Positions 30,085-40,494 of a stretch of DNA of 64,000 nt are shown here, piece after piece. The translations under genes and the position numbers were made by a program. Under the pieces are notes generated by a model. That model saw nothing but the letters and a program-made list of their open reading frames with translations. It was not told where the DNA came from and did not search any database. Each line of letters begins with the position of its first letter. Position 1 is the first letter of the stretch. Source of the DNA: an uncultured Acidobacteriota bacterium (GTDB lineage: Bacteria > Acidobacteriota > JAQAZP01); contig CAWIIB010000001.1 in the NCBI GenBank assembly GCA_963836075.1, forward strand, positions 2,208,001 to 2,272,000, written 5' to 3'.

Positions 30085-31848
30085 ATGTTGCGTAGTATTC
30101 AGATCCTGGTGCTGACCCTGCTGGCATTGTTCCTCCTCGCTGATGTCTCCTCAGCCACTGATGTCTCGACCACCGTGCAGCAGGAGGAGGCCGGGGCCGT
30201 CCAGCCGGCCGTACGGCTCGATGACGGGCCATCGTCGGGTCCCTGCGACCCGGTGGCGGCGCTGATGGGCGGGAGCCGGACGGCAGCGATCCTCTGGCAC
30301 AGGAACCATGAAGACGCTATCTACACCTCCACGGGTCTCAGTGGGGCCGCAGAGATGGCCTTTGCCGGAACGTATCTCAATCCGCCGATGCATGCCGAAG
30401 CCACGCCGCTTGCGGGCGACGGTACGCCTGATTGGACATCTGGCGGGAACCATGTTTTTGTGGACGCCTCGCGCGACGGCCAGGTGCTCGCCGCGGTGGA
30501 CTTTTACGATGCCGAGTCACGGGCCGTGATTTCGGAATGGCGCCCCGGCTCCTCCACACCCCTCTGGACCTATGAGGTCTCCCCCTGCCGCTCGCTGGTC
30601 TACGGCGGGTGGGCCAGCCGCAAACCGATCCAGGTCTCCGACGACGGCTCGACCATTGCGGTGGCCCTGGTCAAGACGCCCGGTGGCAGCGACCTGGGCC
30701 ATCTCTATGTCTTCGAAGCCGGCAGTGGCACCCCGGTGGTCGACTGGGATTTCCCCACCGGCAACGTCGTGGCCATGGACATGACCCCCGGGGGTGAATA
30801 CATCGCCATGGCCGGATGGCCCAACGTCCACGTCTACGATCGTGTCGGCGACACCCTCCGCTGGAGCGGTCCAATTTACAGCGGCAACGACGCACTTTGC
30901 ATCTCCGCCGACGGGCAGTATCTGGCCTGGGGCTGGACCACACTGAGGGTGCTGCAGTGGAGCGGTTCGAGCTACGACTCCTTCTGGACCTACAGCCCGG
31001 GCAGCGGTTACTACCTGGGGCAGTGCGCCTTCTCACCGGACGGGACCTTGCTCGCGCTCGCTTTCGACAATGGCAGCACATCGCCCAACGAAGTCTGGGT
31101 CGAACTCCACGGGATGCCGACCCTCGATCTTCTCTGGGACTACGACTATGTGAGTGCGCCCCGCGAACCTTTTGTGCCGGCCGGTGATCAGAGAGACGGG
31201 TCGCAGCGCGACCCGACAGACATAACGTCCCAGATGTTCTTCTCCCCGGACAGCGAGCACTTCGCCATCTCCTCCTGGGGAGACACATTCCCCGAGGTCC
31301 ACGTCTTCGAACGGTCTTCAGCGGTGCCGGTCTTCACCCTCGACACTCCCGGTTCGATGTACGACGTGAACATCGCCCCGGGCGCCGGAGGCGTCACCTA
31401 CGTTGTCGCCTGCGGCAAGGGTGTGCATGCCGGCATATCGGGGCGGGGCGGCGACCTCTACGCCATCGGCATCAGCAGTTCCACCGTGGCTGCCGACCTG
31501 GCCTGTCTACCCTCATCGGGGACGGTGCCTTTTACGACCGCAATGACGGTGACCCTGACCAATCTCTATCCGGACCAGACCCGCCGCTTTGCCGGCCGCA
31601 TCGACGTCAAACTGGCCGGCGGTGGTCAATTCCCCAGCTGGCGGGCGGGTTACACCAATGTTGCCGCAGGTGAAAGCTACGTCACCACCTGGAACCAGAA
31701 TATCCCGGGCATTGGCACTCTGATCGGAGACAACCTTTTCTCGCTGCAAACCGAGGACGTGACTCCCGCACCATTTAACCAGCCGCCGTATCCACCGGCG
31801 GGTGACACAGACAAGACGGCATGTACGGTAACGGGGATAGCGCCGTAA
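30085..31848 (+). CDS. Secreted WD40/YVTN-like beta-propeller protein with the 120-aa C-terminal domain (copy 5)
   Basis: AGGAGG RBS; signal MLRSIQILVLTLLALFLLADVSSA; repeats SDDGSTIAV, TPGGEYIA, SADGQYLA, SPDGTLLA, SPDSEHFA; domain at 31486..31848. Confidence 0.88.
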   Translation: MLRSIQILVLTLLALFLLADVSSATDVSTTVQQEEAGAVQPAVRLDDGPSSGPCDPVAALMGGSRTAAILWHRNHEDAIYTSTGLSGAAEMAFAGTYLNPPMHAEATPLAGDGTPDWTSGGNHVFVDASRDGQVLAAVDFYDAESRAVISEWRPGSSTPLWTYEVSPCRSLVYGGWASRKPIQVSDDGSTIAVALVKTPGGSDLGHLYVFEAGSGTPVVDWDFPTGNVVAMDMTPGGEYIAMAGWPNVHVYDRVGDTLRWSGPIYSGNDALCISADGQYLAWGWTTLRVLQWSGSSYDSFWTYSPGSGYYLGQCAFSPDGTLLALAFDNGSTSPNEVWVELHGMPTLDLLWDYDYVSAPREPFVPAGDQRDGSQRDPTDITSQMFFSPDSEHFAISSWGDTFPEVHVFERSSAVPVFTLDTPGSMYDVNIAPGAGGVTYVVACGKGVHAGISGRGGDLYAIGISSSTVAADLACLPSSGTVPFTTAMTVTLTNLYPDQTRRFAGRIDVKLAGGGQFPSWRAGYTNVAAGESYVTTWNQNIPGIGTLIGDNLFSLQTEDVTPAPFNQPPYPPAGDTDKTACTVTGIAP

Positions 31849-31937
31849 AGTGAGAACGCCGTCATTGCAGACTGTGCTGGCGAGCCGGCGAAGATCGTTC
31901 GGAGAGATATTCACTGCCGTGGGGTCAGGATAGACGG

Positions 31938-32900
31938 TCAGTCCTCTTCCTTGTCCCGCCCCTTCCCCTCCCCCAGCTGGCGCACCTGCCAGTCCAGTTT
32001 CTCCAGCAGCTGGCGGTTGACCGAGATCAGGTCGGCCAGCAGGCCGACGATGGCCAGCAGGAAGCCGCTGCCCAACAGCAGCGAGGCGAGGATAAGGGAC
32101 TGCACCATGCCCGTCCCCTGTCCATGGCTGAAAGCCCAGAGGAAGCGCAGGCCCAGGAGAAGGCCGATGGTGAAGGGGATGGCGCCGAGGAACATGAAAA
32201 AGCGGAAGGGGCGGTAGATGACAAAGACCCGAATGATGATCGAGGCCGAGCGGTAGACGTAGCCGAAGGCGCTCTTCATCAGCCGGGAGGGTCGGGGGCT
32301 GTCGTTGACCCGAACCGGCACCGAGATGGTGGGGATCCCCTTCTGCCCGGCCTGGATGATGGTTTCCAGGGTGTAGGTGTACTTGTTGAAGACGTTGAGC
32401 TTCATCGCCGCCTGGCGGCTGATCGCCCGGAAGCCGCTGGGGGCGTCGAGCACGCCGGTGTTGCTCACCTTGCGCACCGCCCAGCTGCCCAGGCGCTGCA
32501 GCAGTTTCTTCCCTGCTGAGAAATGACGGATCTCCCTGATCGGCCGTGAGCCCACCACCATGTGGGCGTCGCCGTCGAGGATCGGCCGCACCAGCATGGG
32601 GATGTCGGCGGCGCGGTACTGGTTGTCGGCATCGGTATTGACGATGATGTCGGCGCCGCGCTCCATACAGGCGTTGAGCCCGGTGAGGAAGGCCTGGGCC
32701 AACCCCTGGCGGCGGACGTGGCGCACCACGTGGTGCACCCCCAGTTCCCGGGCCACCTCGGCGGTGCGGTCCCTGCTCCCGTCGTCCACCACCAGCCACT
32801 CCACCTGGTCCACCCCGGGCAGTTCGGTGGGCAGGTCGGCGATGGTCCGGGGAAGAAACTCCTCCTCGTTGTAGCAGGGGATCTGGATAATCACTTTCAT
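31938..32900 (-). CDS. Glycosyltransferase family 2, polyprenol-phosphate glycosyltransferase-like
   Basis: MKVIIQIPCYNEE, VVDDGSRDRT, TDADNQY and DAPSGFRA; two C-terminal TM helices. Confidence 0.92.
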   Translation of the reverse strand: MKVIIQIPCYNEEEFLPRTIADLPTELPGVDQVEWLVVDDGSRDRTAEVARELGVHHVVRHVRRQGLAQAFLTGLNACMERGADIIVNTDADNQYRAADIPMLVRPILDGDAHMVVGSRPIREIRHFSAGKKLLQRLGSWAVRKVSNTGVLDAPSGFRAISRQAAMKLNVFNKYTYTLETIIQAGQKGIPTISVPVRVNDSPRPSRLMKSAFGYVYRSASIIIRVFVIYRPFRFFMFLGAIPFTIGLLLGLRFLWAFSHGQGTGMVQSLILASLLLGSGFLLAIVGLLADLISVNRQLLEKLDWQVRQLGEGKGRDKEED

Positions 32901-32924
32901 CGTCGGCACCCGTCGTGAACAGCG

Positions 32925-34817
32925 TCAGGTCAGGCGGAACCAGTAGAACCAGATCCCGCTCAGCAGCAGGCCGGCCACCAGGATGGCCAGCGCCGCCCGC
33001 ACCGCCGGCCGTTGCAGACCGTTGATAAAGGGGCGGAACGACAGCATCAGCACACAGGGAATCAGCGGGAAATAGTAGCGGGCCTGCATGCCGCCGGTGT
33101 AGCCGCTGACCAGATGGTAACGGTACACCCTGGTGAAATGGAAGACCATCATCAGCGCCAGGCTCACCAGGGCCAGGCGGTGCACGGTGAAAAACGGTCC
33201 GGATTCCTCCTTCTCCCGCAGAAAAAAGGCCCAGATGGCCAGCACCAGCGGCAGCACCAGCGGCAGGGCGCTGAACAGCGACTCCCGGAACACGCTCTCG
33301 TGGGAGAGGACGCCGGTCCAGGAGAGATAGAGCACGCGGAAGAAGCGCCGCAGGTAGGGGAAGAAGGAGAGGACCACCGGGTTCTGCGGAATCTCGTACC
33401 ACACGTCGCCGAACTGGGGCAGGAAGGTGCGGTACAGGGCGTAGGCCCGCAGGTAATAGGCCAGGGGAACCAGGCAGAGCCCGGCAAAGAGTGGCAGGTG
33501 GAACCCGCGGAAGGCGGCGATGGACCGGTCGCGCCTGATCCGCAGGGCCAGGACCAGCCCGGTGAGAAACAGCAGTTGCAGGCCGGCGGTGGCCTTGACC
33601 AGCAGGGCCAGGCTCAGACCGGCCCCCAGCAGAACCAGCCCCCATGGCCGGGCTTTTGACTGCAGAAAGAGGATCGCCCCGTACACGGCCAGCCCCCCGG
33701 CCAGCAGCACCAGGTTGTCGTTGTTCACCGACCCGGCGAGGTAGGGGATCATCGGCACCGCGCTGAGCGCCGCGGCGTAATAGATGTGAAAGGCCAGGGG
33801 CAGCGGCTCGCGGCAGCCGACCCAGAAGAAGAGCCCCAGCCCGCAGAGGCCCAGGGCGAGATTGACCAGGCGCAGGTCGTGGAACCGCGACACGATGGGG
33901 CGCGGGCCATGGGGGGCAAAGGGTTTGAGCAGGTGGTAGTAGAACGGCGGGTGGGCCAGGTCGTTGCGGTGGTCCAGCCGGGCCCCCCGCTCGGAGTAAA
34001 GAAAGCGGCTTTTGTAGTCGGGGAAGAAACGGCCGGTCTCGTCGAGGTGAATCAAGTACGACACGTGCGCCTTCTCATCCGGCGGGACGCCGTAGGGCGC
34101 CGTCTTCAGGCTGGTCCAGCCCTGGCCGGCAACCAGCACCAGCGCGGCGGCATAGACCAGGAGACGGCTCAGCGGTATGGGGTGGGCCGCGGTGGACAGA
34201 CCCACCGCCAGCAGCGCCAGCGCGGTCCAGAAGAGGAACCAGGCCGCCGTCCCGGCGCGGAGAAAGGAAACCGGCTCGAAGCGGGCCAGGTCCACATCGA
34301 TCTGCGGGACACCGCTGGGGGCCGAAACGCGCCACAGGCCTGTCTTGACCTGCTCCAGGGCCAGCCGGTCCGACGGCTCCAGCAGGCCCGGGTCGATGGA
34401 CCAGAGCGAGGTCCGGATTCCCCGGCGGCTGGAGACCCTGAGGTCACTGAGCAGGAAGGAAACACCTAACCGGCCCACCGCTTCGATGGACAGACGGCAA
34501 ACAGCCGGATCGCGTACCGGCAGATGCACCGTCTGCAGTTGGAGCCCTGCGGCGGGGGGGGCCAGCAGGAACGGAACCTGCTCGGGAACCGGGACACCCT
34601 GCAGTGACCAGGATATATGTCCCTGACCGCCGTCCCCCTCTGCCCGGGCCACCAGTTCCACGGTTGTGGTGGGCCGGCCCAGGGGGACCAGGGCGGTGAT
34701 GACGAAACAGACCGCAGCGGCCACGGTCAAGAGCTGGAGCCGTCGGCGATTCAAGATGGATTTCCTCAGTTCGGGACAGTCTGGGGAAAGTGTAGAGATT
34801 TTAGAGGATAGTGTCAA
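32925..34817 (-). CDS. Multi-pass GT-C type (PMT/DUF2142-like) glycosyltransferase
   Basis: PPDEKAH, HPPFYY, VNNDNL and QARYYFP motifs among many TM segments; start codon uncertain. Confidence 0.75.
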   Translation of the reverse strand: MTLSSKISTLSPDCPELRKSILNRRRLQLLTVAAAVCFVITALVPLGRPTTTVELVARAEGDGGQGHISWSLQGVPVPEQVPFLLAPPAAGLQLQTVHLPVRDPAVCRLSIEAVGRLGVSFLLSDLRVSSRRGIRTSLWSIDPGLLEPSDRLALEQVKTGLWRVSAPSGVPQIDVDLARFEPVSFLRAGTAAWFLFWTALALLAVGLSTAAHPIPLSRLLVYAAALVLVAGQGWTSLKTAPYGVPPDEKAHVSYLIHLDETGRFFPDYKSRFLYSERGARLDHRNDLAHPPFYYHLLKPFAPHGPRPIVSRFHDLRLVNLALGLCGLGLFFWVGCREPLPLAFHIYYAAALSAVPMIPYLAGSVNNDNLVLLAGGLAVYGAILFLQSKARPWGLVLLGAGLSLALLVKATAGLQLLFLTGLVLALRIRRDRSIAAFRGFHLPLFAGLCLVPLAYYLRAYALYRTFLPQFGDVWYEIPQNPVVLSFFPYLRRFFRVLYLSWTGVLSHESVFRESLFSALPLVLPLVLAIWAFFLREKEESGPFFTVHRLALVSLALMMVFHFTRVYRYHLVSGYTGGMQARYYFPLIPCVLMLSFRPFINGLQRPAVRAALAILVAGLLLSGIWFYWFRLT

Positions 34818-34830
34818 AAAGAGGGGGAAT

Positions 34831-34861
34831 CAGCCCCGGCCCGTGGAACGGACCGGGGCTG
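34831..34861 (-). terminator. Terminator-like hairpin after the PQQ dehydrogenase gene
   Basis: cagccccgg.ccg-tggaa-cgg.ccggggctg followed on the minus strand by a pyrimidine/T-rich tract. Confidence 0.6.
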
Positions 34862-34877
34862 CAGGAGAGGCAGGAGA

Positions 34878-36549
34878 TCAGGGGGCCAGGGCCAGGACCT
34901 GGCAATCGTCGATCGCGGTGTCCCCGGCCGGCGGGTAGGGCGGCTGGTTGAATGGCGCCGGGGTCACATCCTCCGCCAGCAGAGCAAAGGTGTTGACACC
35001 GAGCACCGTCCCCAGTGCCGGTATGGACTGGTTCCAGCTGGTGGTGAAACTTCCGCCGGCCGAAATATTGGTGTAGCCCGCCCGCCAGCTGGTGTACGAG
35101 GCGCCGCCGCCCAGGGTGGCGTCCACCCGGCCGGCGATCCGCCGGGTCTGACCGGTGTAGAGGTTGTCCATGGTCACGGTCATCACCGTGGTGAAGGGGA
35201 CAGTGCCGATGGCCGGCAGGCAGTCAAAGGTCGCACTGACCGTGGCCACGGTCCCGGTAAAGGCGATGCGGCGCAGTGACCCGCCGCTGGGTCCGAACTG
35301 GGAGATATACCACAGCGCACCGTCCGGGCCCACCAGGAAATCGGATGCGTTGCCCAGGCCCTCGGCCCAGTTTTCGGCGCTGGGCTGACCGGCCACCGGC
35401 GCCGCCGCCACCCACTGGGCCCCGTCCCAGGTCAGTCGGCGCATCCAGCCCTCGTAATACTCGATGAAGAAGCAGTCGCCCTCGTATTCCGGCGGGAAAC
35501 TGTCGTCCAGGGGCCAGTCCGCCTGGCGGTAGAGCCCGCCGCTGGTGATGGCGGCGGTGAAACCGCTGCGGTCATACCAGCCGATGGGCCCGTCGTAGGT
35601 CGACCCGCCGGGCCCGCCCGGCTCGCTGCAGCCGCTGGTGGTGCGCACCACCGGACCTTCGCGGAAGGGCCAGCCGAAGTTCTCGCCGCCCTGGGCCTGG
35701 TTGATCTCCTCGTAGTCGAAGAAGCCCACGTCGGCGATGAACAGGTCGCCGGTGACCGAGTCGATATTGAAGCGGAACGGGTTGCGCAGTCCGTAGCACC
35801 AGGTCAGCCGCGTGTTGGGGTCGACGCTGACAAAGGGATTGTCCAACCGGAGTGATGTCGGCCTTGGCCGGGGGACCGGACCCGGAACCGGGCATCAGGG
35901 CGGGGTCGAGGCGCAGGACCACGCCGCGCAGGTCGTCGACCTGCTGGGCGGAGCACTGGTTGGCGTCGTCGCCGATGCTGACATAGATCATCTTGTCCGT
36001 GCCCACCCGCACCGTGCCGCCATTGTGGTTCGAGGCGTTGTCCGGGATGTCGGTGAGCAGGTGGTAGAGGCTGCCGGGGATGATCTGCAGGTTGCTGCTC
36101 AGCGGGTCGCTGAGGTCACCGGTGGCCTCGTACATCGAGAGGAAATTGGTGCTGGTGCCGCTGTGGCTGTAGTAGACGTAGATGTACGGTCTGGTGGGCC
36201 AGTCGGCGTCCACGTCGATACCCAGCAGGCCCCGTTCGTTGCCCGTGCTGTTGACGGCGGGAACGGTAATCAGCGGATCGACGGCGCCGATGCTGCCGTT
36301 GACCACCAGCCGGATTTGTGCGGTTTTTTGCTCGATGACCAGCGCCCGCCCGTCGGGCAGGAAAGCAAACCCCACCGGCTGGCTGAAACCGGAGACCACC
36401 TCCGTCTCGGAAAAATCATCGGGAACGATGACCGCCCCGAACAGGCCGGTGGATGCGCCGCAGAACAGTGCGATGCAGCAGATGAGTGAGAATGAATGGA
36501 GCCGCCGTTTGGCGGGGCCGTTAAATCCGGATCTGTAGCGATGTGACAT
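34878..36549 (-). CDS. PQQ-dependent glucose/sorbosone dehydrogenase-family protein with the 120-aa C-terminal domain (copy 6); apparent frameshift near 35845
   Basis: FLPDGRALVIEQ, ERGLLGI, NHNGG and YVSIGD in 35572..36639; DNPF..YGLRNPFRF..DVG..EEIN..NFGWP in 34878..35846; domain at 34878..35240. Confidence 0.87.
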
Positions 36550-36671
36550 GTCTATCCCTTGTGTTATTCCATCCTGAATTGAAGAGTCGGGCGATCCCGC
36601 TCGCCCGTCGGAAAATCCGATTCCCCTATTGTATACCATGATAGTAGGAATTCAGAACAGGAAAAGGACAA

Positions 36672-36707
36672 CGGACCGGGCAACCCGAGGTGGATTGCCG
36701 CGGTCCG
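36672..36707 (-). terminator. Terminator-like hairpin downstream of pfk
   Basis: cggaccgggcaacc...ggattgccgcggtccg followed by ttgtccttttcc on the minus strand. Confidence 0.6.
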
Positions 36708-36723
36708 AGGAGAAGAGACGGGA

Positions 36724-37944
36724 TTACTTGCGATAGAGTTTCGGCACGATGGGCGCCCGCAGCCTCTGGGTGCTGGGAAATCCGGAACCGAGCAGCGGCC
36801 GCAGGTAGGTACGGAAGGCCTCGGTCACCCCGTTGCCCTGACGGTTGATGAAGTTGGCCGGCATGGTGCGGGTCTTGCCCGCCACCTTTTCCAGGGCGAC
36901 CAGCTTGTAGTCAACCGAGTAGCGCCCGGTCCGCTTGATGGCCACCGACCCGTCGAGGTTGTGCCAGATGGCCAGCTGGGCCGCCCGTTCGCCCACTTCC
37001 CGGGCCTCGTTCTGGTCCACGTCGGAGACCACCCCGGCAAAGGAGCGCTGGAGGTAGCCCAGGGTATCGGCGCGCACCCGACTGATCTTCAGCTTGCGCT
37101 TGATCAGATCGGCCAGCATGTCGCCCAGGGCGCCGCTGCCCGAGAGCTGCACGTTGCCGTGGGCGTCCCGCTCCACATTCTTGACCAGCTTCTGGGCGAT
37201 GGGCACGTGCTTGGTGTCGCAGATCCCCTCGCTGGCCGCCACCACGCAGCGCCCCAGCCGCTGGACCGTCTTATTCACGTCTTCCACAAAGCGCTTCGGC
37301 TCGAAGGGCCGTTCCGGCAGGTAGACCAGGTGGGGGCCGTCCACGTCGTGGGTCTGGCCCAGCACCGATGCCGCGGTGAGGAACCCGGCATGACGTCCCA
37401 TGACGATGCCGATGTAAACACCGGGAATCGAGCGGTTGTCCAGGTTGGCGCCCATGAAGGCCTGGGCCACAAAACGGGCGGCTGACGGATATCCCGGCGT
37501 GTGGTCGTTGAGCACCAGGTCGTTGTCAATGGTTTTGGGGATGTGGATCGCCCGCAGGTCGTAGTCCTCGGCCTCGGCCTGCTGGTTGACGATGCGCACC
37601 GTGTCGGCCGAATCGTTGCCGCCGATGTAGAAGAAGTAGCGGACGTCGTGGGCCTTCATCACGCGGAACATCTCGGCGCAGAACTTCTCGTTCGGCTTGG
37701 TGCGGGTGGAGAGCAGCGCCGAGGAGGAGGTCTGGCCCACCTGTTCCAGGTGGTGGGAGGTCTCCTGGGTCAGGTCGAGGAAATCCTCGTTGACGATCCC
37801 GTCCACCCCGTGCACCGCCCCGTAGACCCGGGTGACCTGGCTGAATTTGCGGGATTCCAGCACCACCCCCACCAGGCTCTGGTTGATCACGGCCGTGGGG
37901 CCGCCCCCCTGGGCTATCAGCACTTTTCCTTGCAGAACCGACAT
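36724..37944 (-). CDS. pfkA: 6-phosphofructokinase (PPi-dependent type likely)
   Basis: AQGGGPTAVIN, IGGNDS, PKTIDND, MGRHAGFL and DTLGYLQR; the GGND motif suggests PPi use. Confidence 0.93.
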   Translation of the reverse strand: MSVLQGKVLIAQGGGPTAVINQSLVGVVLESRKFSQVTRVYGAVHGVDGIVNEDFLDLTQETSHHLEQVGQTSSSALLSTRTKPNEKFCAEMFRVMKAHDVRYFFYIGGNDSADTVRIVNQQAEAEDYDLRAIHIPKTIDNDLVLNDHTPGYPSAARFVAQAFMGANLDNRSIPGVYIGIVMGRHAGFLTAASVLGQTHDVDGPHLVYLPERPFEPKRFVEDVNKTVQRLGRCVVAASEGICDTKHVPIAQKLVKNVERDAHGNVQLSGSGALGDMLADLIKRKLKISRVRADTLGYLQRSFAGVVSDVDQNEAREVGERAAQLAIWHNLDGSVAIKRTGRYSVDYKLVALEKVAGKTRTMPANFINRQGNGVTEAFRTYLRPLLGSGFPSTQRLRAPIVPKLYRK

Positions 37945-38151
37945 CTATTCATCCCCCGATCTGTGAAAGACTTCTGGTAGTGGAAACCGATTGCCGTGCC
38001 CCGGCCGCTCCCCCGCAACGCGGGGAAAACCGAGGGGATAAAAGGGTAATTGGTTCCACGGGCAGAGTCAATCGTCTGCAGCGCCGGGCACGGCTCCTCC
38101 GCCTCCCTGATTGCGTCGTCCTCCCAGTTCTCCTAAGATGGGGCCGCGTCA

Positions 38152-39594
38152 ATGTTGATCCACGATGGGGAAATCAGTGTCAATCGGGAGGTCCGGTGGC
38201 GGATGCGGCTCTCCGGCCGGCAGGAAAAAATCAAATCGGCCGTGCACCGGGCACTGGCCGCCGTGGCGGCGGCGCTTTGCCTGGCGCTGGCCGGCGGCTG
38301 CGCCGGCCCCGGCGAATATCACCGGCCCGGCTGCAGCGTGATCCTGATCTCCATCGACACCCTGCGATCAGACCGCCTCGGCTGCTACGGTCACTGGAGG
38401 GACACCTCGCCGCACATCGACGGCTTGCGGGCCGACGGATCCCTGTTCCGCCACACCATTGCCCAGGCGCCGTCCACCATGGCCTCCCACGCTTCCATCT
38501 TCACCTCGCTGGCTCCCGCCCACCACGGGGCCTTCATCTCGCGCCCCAGCCCGCTGCCCCAGAGCTGCACCACCATGGCCGAGATCCTCAGGGAGGCCGG
38601 CTATCAGACGGTCTCCTTCAACGACGGCGGCCAGATTTCGGGGGAGCTGGGCTTCGACCAGGGGTTTGACCGCTACGTCTGCCTGCCCAACGACGAGCGG
38701 ATCGTCTACAACTTCAGCGCCACGGTGAAACTGGCCAACCGCTGGCTCAGCGAAGAACGGCGGCAGCCCTTCTTCCTTTTTCTGCACACCTACCACACCC
38801 ACCACCCGTACACTCCGGACAAGCGGTTTCTCGACGAGCTGGGCGTGACCTACAGCGGCAGCCTGCCGTACCAGCTCAGCCCGCAGCTGCACCAGGACAT
38901 CTATTCCGGCAAGGTCCGGCTGAGCCGGGAGGACGGCGAATATTTCGCCGCGCTCTACGACGCCGAGATCCGCCAGATGGACCACGCCTTCGGCGGTCTG
39001 GTGGAGCAGTTGAAAACGCTGGGGCTCTATGAAGAGACACTGATCATCCTCACCTCGGACCACGGTGAGGAACTGGGAGAGCACGGCTGCTGGGGCTGGC
39101 ATTCCCACACGCTTTTTGAAGAGCTGCTCCGGGTGCCGCTGATCATCAAGTTCCCGGGCAACGACTTTGCCGGGGCCGAGATCAGCCAACAGGTGCGCAG
39201 CCTCGACATCCTGCCCACCATCCTCGAGGTGGTCGGCGTCGACCCGCCGGAGGTCCTGGAAGGACGCAGCCTGATCCCCCCGCTCCAGGGACGGTCCGAC
39301 GAGCCCCGCCCGGCGCTGTCCCAAATGGATCTGGCCGGCAGGCCGTTGTGCCTCAATTCCGCCGGCTGGAAATACTACCCCTCGAACATGGCGTACGCCG
39401 GCGGCCTGTACCGCATCGACGACGACCCCCTGGAACAGCGGAACCTCGTCCACCATGACCCGGAAACGGCCCGGGAGATGAAACGGCAGCTGGAGAGCCT
39501 GGTGGCCCAGCGACCCGAGGCCGTTGCGGGCCAGGGGCTGGAGCTGTCCGAAAAGGTGACCGACCAGTTGCGCCTGCTGGGATATATCGACTAG
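38152..39594 (+). CDS. Sulfatase-like hydrolase/transferase (exported)
   Basis: ISIDTLRSD, APSTMASHASIFT, HHPY, YDAEIRQMD, TSDHGE, VPLII and C-terminal LRLLGYID; start uncertain. Confidence 0.9.
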   Translation: MLIHDGEISVNREVRWRMRLSGRQEKIKSAVHRALAAVAAALCLALAGGCAGPGEYHRPGCSVILISIDTLRSDRLGCYGHWRDTSPHIDGLRADGSLFRHTIAQAPSTMASHASIFTSLAPAHHGAFISRPSPLPQSCTTMAEILREAGYQTVSFNDGGQISGELGFDQGFDRYVCLPNDERIVYNFSATVKLANRWLSEERRQPFFLFLHTYHTHHPYTPDKRFLDELGVTYSGSLPYQLSPQLHQDIYSGKVRLSREDGEYFAALYDAEIRQMDHAFGGLVEQLKTLGLYEETLIILTSDHGEELGEHGCWGWHSHTLFEELLRVPLIIKFPGNDFAGAEISQQVRSLDILPTILEVVGVDPPEVLEGRSLIPPLQGRSDEPRPALSQMDLAGRPLCLNSAGWKYYPSNMAYAGGLYRIDDDPLEQRNLVHHDPETAREMKRQLESLVAQRPEAVAGQGLELSEKVTDQLRLLGYID

Positions 39595-39727
39595 CCCGCC
39601 GCTCCGCTCCCGCGATTTAATTTCATCAAATTATTCTCAACAACAGGCCGGCGGTCGTTAAACCAATTGAGGGCGATGCACCGCACGCCCTCATTGCTCG
39701 ATGAACGGCCCGCGGGAGGGCAGGACG

Positions 39728-39943
39728 ATGATCCGATCCAGAACAGAACAGAAATTCGGCGCCCTGGTGGATGAGCACCGGCTGGCCCTGGTGGTGGGAT
39801 ACCTGATCCACACCGGCACCGCCTTCTTCTGCGTCCCCGGAGACGAGGAGGACTGGCTGGTCACCGTGAACAAGAACGACGGTGAAGAGCTGGCGGCCAT
39901 CGACAGGGATACCCGAACGGAAACAGACCGGGTGATCCGATGA
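39728..39943 (+). CDS. Small hypothetical protein
   Basis: GGGAGG RBS, host-like codon use, ATGA overlap with the sigma factor. Confidence 0.55.
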   Translation: MIRSRTEQKFGALVDEHRLALVVGYLIHTGTAFFCVPGDEEDWLVTVNKNDGEELAAIDRDTRTETDRVIR

Positions 39944-40494
39944 GCGACGATGGCCAGTGGCGCGACACCGTGGAGCACCTCTACGGCAAGCATTTCGACA
40001 CGCTGCACCGTATCGCCTGGCGCTGTCTCAGCGACCGGAACATGGTGCGGGACGTGATCCAGGACATCTTCGCCAGGCTGCTGGCCACCAACCGCAGCTT
40101 CGCCACCCTGGAGGATGCCGAGCGCTTCCTCTTCCGCTCGTTCAAGAACCTGCTGATCGACAAGGCTCGCAGCCGCTCCCGGTGGCAGTATGTGGAGCTG
40201 GACCAGGCCGGGGGTGACCTTCCCTCCACCGGCGCGGCCCAGGACGAACAGCTGGTGAGCCGGCGGCTGGAGGGGAAGAGCCTTCCGCTGCCCCAGCCCG
40301 AGCGGGGAATATTCCAGATGGCCTATTTCGAGAAGAAAAGCGACGAGGAGATCGCCCGCCGGCTCAACCTGAAGCTGAGCACCATTCGCTACCGGCTGCG
40401 CCTGGCGCGGCTGGAGATCACCCGGATCCTGGCGGAAAAACACCGCTGGGCCCCGCGGGAAATTGCACAACTACTTTCGAGGGCAAAAGATTGA
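39940..40494 (+). CDS. ECF sigma-70 factor
   Basis: RDVIQDIFARL, KNLLIDKAR and EEIARRLNLKLSTIRYRLRLAR. Confidence 0.9.
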   Translation: MSDDGQWRDTVEHLYGKHFDTLHRIAWRCLSDRNMVRDVIQDIFARLLATNRSFATLEDAERFLFRSFKNLLIDKARSRSRWQYVELDQAGGDLPSTGAAQDEQLVSRRLEGKSLPLPQPERGIFQMAYFEKKSDEEIARRLNLKLSTIRYRLRLARLEITRILAEKHRWAPREIAQLLSRAKD

